A stretch of DNA of 64,000 bases from Spirochaetia bacterium. GTDB lineage: Bacteria > Spirochaetota > Spirochaetia > DSM-2461. Numbering within the stretch: the stretch's first letter is position 1; the number at the start of each line of letters is the position of its first letter. Shown here one piece after another: positions 60,450 through 64,000 of the stretch. Both the position numbers and the translations under genes were made by a program. The notes below the pieces were generated by a model. That model did not search any database and was not told the DNA's origin. It saw only the letters and a program-made list of their open reading frames with translations. The stretch lies in NCBI GenBank assembly GCA_963668315.1, contig OY764216.1, forward strand, positions 3,680,001 to 3,744,000, given 5' to 3'.

Positions 60450-62228
60450 TTAAATAGGATCACAGGCCAGCCTGAGCCAGTTCTCCGCTTCTCCGTCCAC
60501 CAACCCGGACAGCAGGGTAAATACTCTCTTATGATAATCGTTTATCCAGGAGATTTCATCACCGCTCAGCATATTTCTGTCAATCAGATCCCTGTCGTAG
60601 GGACAGAGAGTCAGGGTTTCAAAGCTTAAGAAGCTCCCGAATTCCGATTCGCCCCCCCTGACCGTCAGGATAAGGTTCTCTATGCGGATTCCGTACCGCC
60701 CTTCCCGGTAGAGCCCCGGCTCGTTGGACGTGACCATTCCCTCCTGCAGGGGCATATCAATGGGTTTGGTGCTGATGGAATGGGGCCCCTCGTGGACATT
60801 AAGGAAAGCCCCTACCCCGTGACCCGTTCCATGACCGAAATCCATAAGGCTGTTCCAGAGAGGCTGACGGGCAAGGATATCCAGCTGATACCCTCTGGTC
60901 CCCTCGGGGAACTGGGCTCGGGAGAGAGCGATATGCCCCTTCAGGACCAGGGTGTAGTCGCGTATCTCGTCAAAAGAGGGCTCTCCCAGGGAGACCGTCC
61001 TGGTAATATCCGTCGTGGCTCCCTCGTACTGTCCTCCCGAATCAATCAGGTAAAGGCTGCCGGGCAGAAGAGCGGCGGGGGTACCCCCTTCCGGGTCGTA
61101 GTGACAGAGGGCTCCGTTGGCGCCGTAGGCCGATATGGGAGAGAAACTCTCCTCGATAAATCCGGGCTGTGCCGCCCGGAATTCACGCAGCTTAACCGCC
61201 ACATCCCGTTCATCCATGGACTCTTCCGACACGGCTTTTTTCAGCCAGCAGATAAAATTCACCATGGCCGCTCCGTCCTGAATCATCGCTTTGTGAAAGC
61301 AATCGATCTCAACGGAATTTTTCCTGGCCTTCATAAGTGTCGTCAGATCCACTCCACCGACTCTTTCCGTTTCCAGGGAAAGGGATCTTTCAATATCCCA
61401 GGAATTCTTTTCCTGGCTCAGAAAGATTTTCCCCACGGGGAGGGTACGTAAAAAATCAGCATAGGTTTGATAATCCCTTACATCGATGCCGTCCCGGGAA
61501 AGTTCCTCTCCCGTTTCCTTCCGGATGCGGGATCGATCCGTAAAAAGAACAGTCCTTTTTTCATCAATCCAGCAAAAAGCGAGAGCGACAGGATTCATTT
61601 TTACATCCATGGCCCTTATATTCAAAAGCCAGGCTATATCGTCCAGGGAGGAAATGAAGGTGCCCAGGCAATCCTGAAGGGAGAGAAGCTCCCTCACCCT
61701 TTCGATTTTCTCCTTTCTGTCCACGCCGGCGAGCGACAGGGGCAGGGAATAGAGTTCCGTGGCCGGAGCTGAGGGCCTGTCCTCCCAGAGAGCGGAGGGG
61801 AGCGGACCGGCATCGGCAAGGGATATCCCACGCCCCATCAGCCGTTCGCCCCATTCACCGGCCGTTTTCGCCGCCAGAGTCGAACCTTCCACCCCGGCTT
61901 TCTCACCTTCCTTCAATTCGGAGGCGATCCAGTCAATAAAGGGTATGGTGCCGGCCATTCCCACTTTAAAGAGCTCTATTCCCGATCCATCCAGCTCTTT
62001 CGCCGCCTGTATCCAGTAACGGAAATCCGTCCAGAGTCCCGCCTTTGTCAGGGTGACCACCATCAGGCCGGCGCTTCCGGTAAACCCGGAGAAATAGGCC
62101 CTGGTACGCCAGCGGGGAGCGACATACTCGCTCATATGGGGGTCCCCGCCGGTGATGATATAGGCGGACAACCCCTCTTCCTTCATATATTCTCTTATTT
62201 TTCGAATTCTTTCTTTTATAATAGACAT
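60450..62228 (-). CDS. Xaa-Pro aminopeptidase (aminopeptidase P, M24B)
   Basis: DPHMSEY, SGFTGSAG, DSGGQY..ATTDITRT, HGTGHGVG..LNVHEGP, NEPG.Y..G.YGIRIEN; start taken at MSIIKE. Confidence 0.96.
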   Translation of the reverse strand: MSIIKERIRKIREYMKEEGLSAYIITGGDPHMSEYVAPRWRTRAYFSGFTGSAGLMVVTLTKAGLWTDFRYWIQAAKELDGSGIELFKVGMAGTIPFIDWIASELKEGEKAGVEGSTLAAKTAGEWGERLMGRGISLADAGPLPSALWEDRPSAPATELYSLPLSLAGVDRKEKIERVRELLSLQDCLGTFISSLDDIAWLLNIRAMDVKMNPVALAFCWIDEKRTVLFTDRSRIRKETGEELSRDGIDVRDYQTYADFLRTLPVGKIFLSQEKNSWDIERSLSLETERVGGVDLTTLMKARKNSVEIDCFHKAMIQDGAAMVNFICWLKKAVSEESMDERDVAVKLREFRAAQPGFIEESFSPISAYGANGALCHYDPEGGTPAALLPGSLYLIDSGGQYEGATTDITRTVSLGEPSFDEIRDYTLVLKGHIALSRAQFPEGTRGYQLDILARQPLWNSLMDFGHGTGHGVGAFLNVHEGPHSISTKPIDMPLQEGMVTSNEPGLYREGRYGIRIENLILTVRGGESEFGSFLSFETLTLCPYDRDLIDRNMLSGDEISWINDYHKRVFTLLSGLVDGEAENWLRLACDPI

Positions 62229-62415
62229 AATCTGCAATATAAAACGCCTTCGTTGATCTTGCAAGAGGATTACTATATTTTTGACTTATTTACATTCTTG
62301 TACATAATATCGATTTTCATATTTTTTCCCGATTATCCCCAGATAAATCACTGTTTTTTGACATTTTCGCTATTGAAAGGTTCAATTCTTAGGTTTATGA
62401 TGGGGGAACACTTAA

Positions 62416-64000
<1,585 letters not shown>

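Overview
A 64-kb stretch of mostly core chromosome from a spirochaete, probably a free-living Spirochaetaceae-type organism. The assignment rests on flaA-cheA-cheW/R-cheX-cheY, class I LysRS, a spiro-SPASM gene, separated groEL and groES, and spirochaetal lipobox lipoproteins. It holds about 50 CDS and two tRNAs (Arg-CCG, Val-GAC); no rRNA, CRISPR array or intact mobile element was seen. The first ~1.7 kb is AT-richer, lies downstream of tRNA-Arg and carries a decayed tyrosine-integrase remnant, i.e. the edge of an old island. Strongest observations: (1) a near-consensus sigma54 promoter with two upstream enhancer-like dyads in front of a short group-2/RpoS-like sigma factor, suggesting an RpoN-to-RpoS-type cascade; (2) about 12 genes whose sigma70 -10 box lies 6-9 nt before the ATG, suggesting widespread leaderless translation; (3) a sugar-modification operon ahead of flaA whose spiro-SPASM protein has lost all three radical-SAM cysteines; (4) an operon pairing an MFS-HEAT-repeat fusion with an atypical sensorless class III nucleotide cyclase; (5) a UvrD helicase translationally coupled to an SfsA-DUF123 dual-nuclease fusion. 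All product calls are from motif recognition by eye; no database searches were run.
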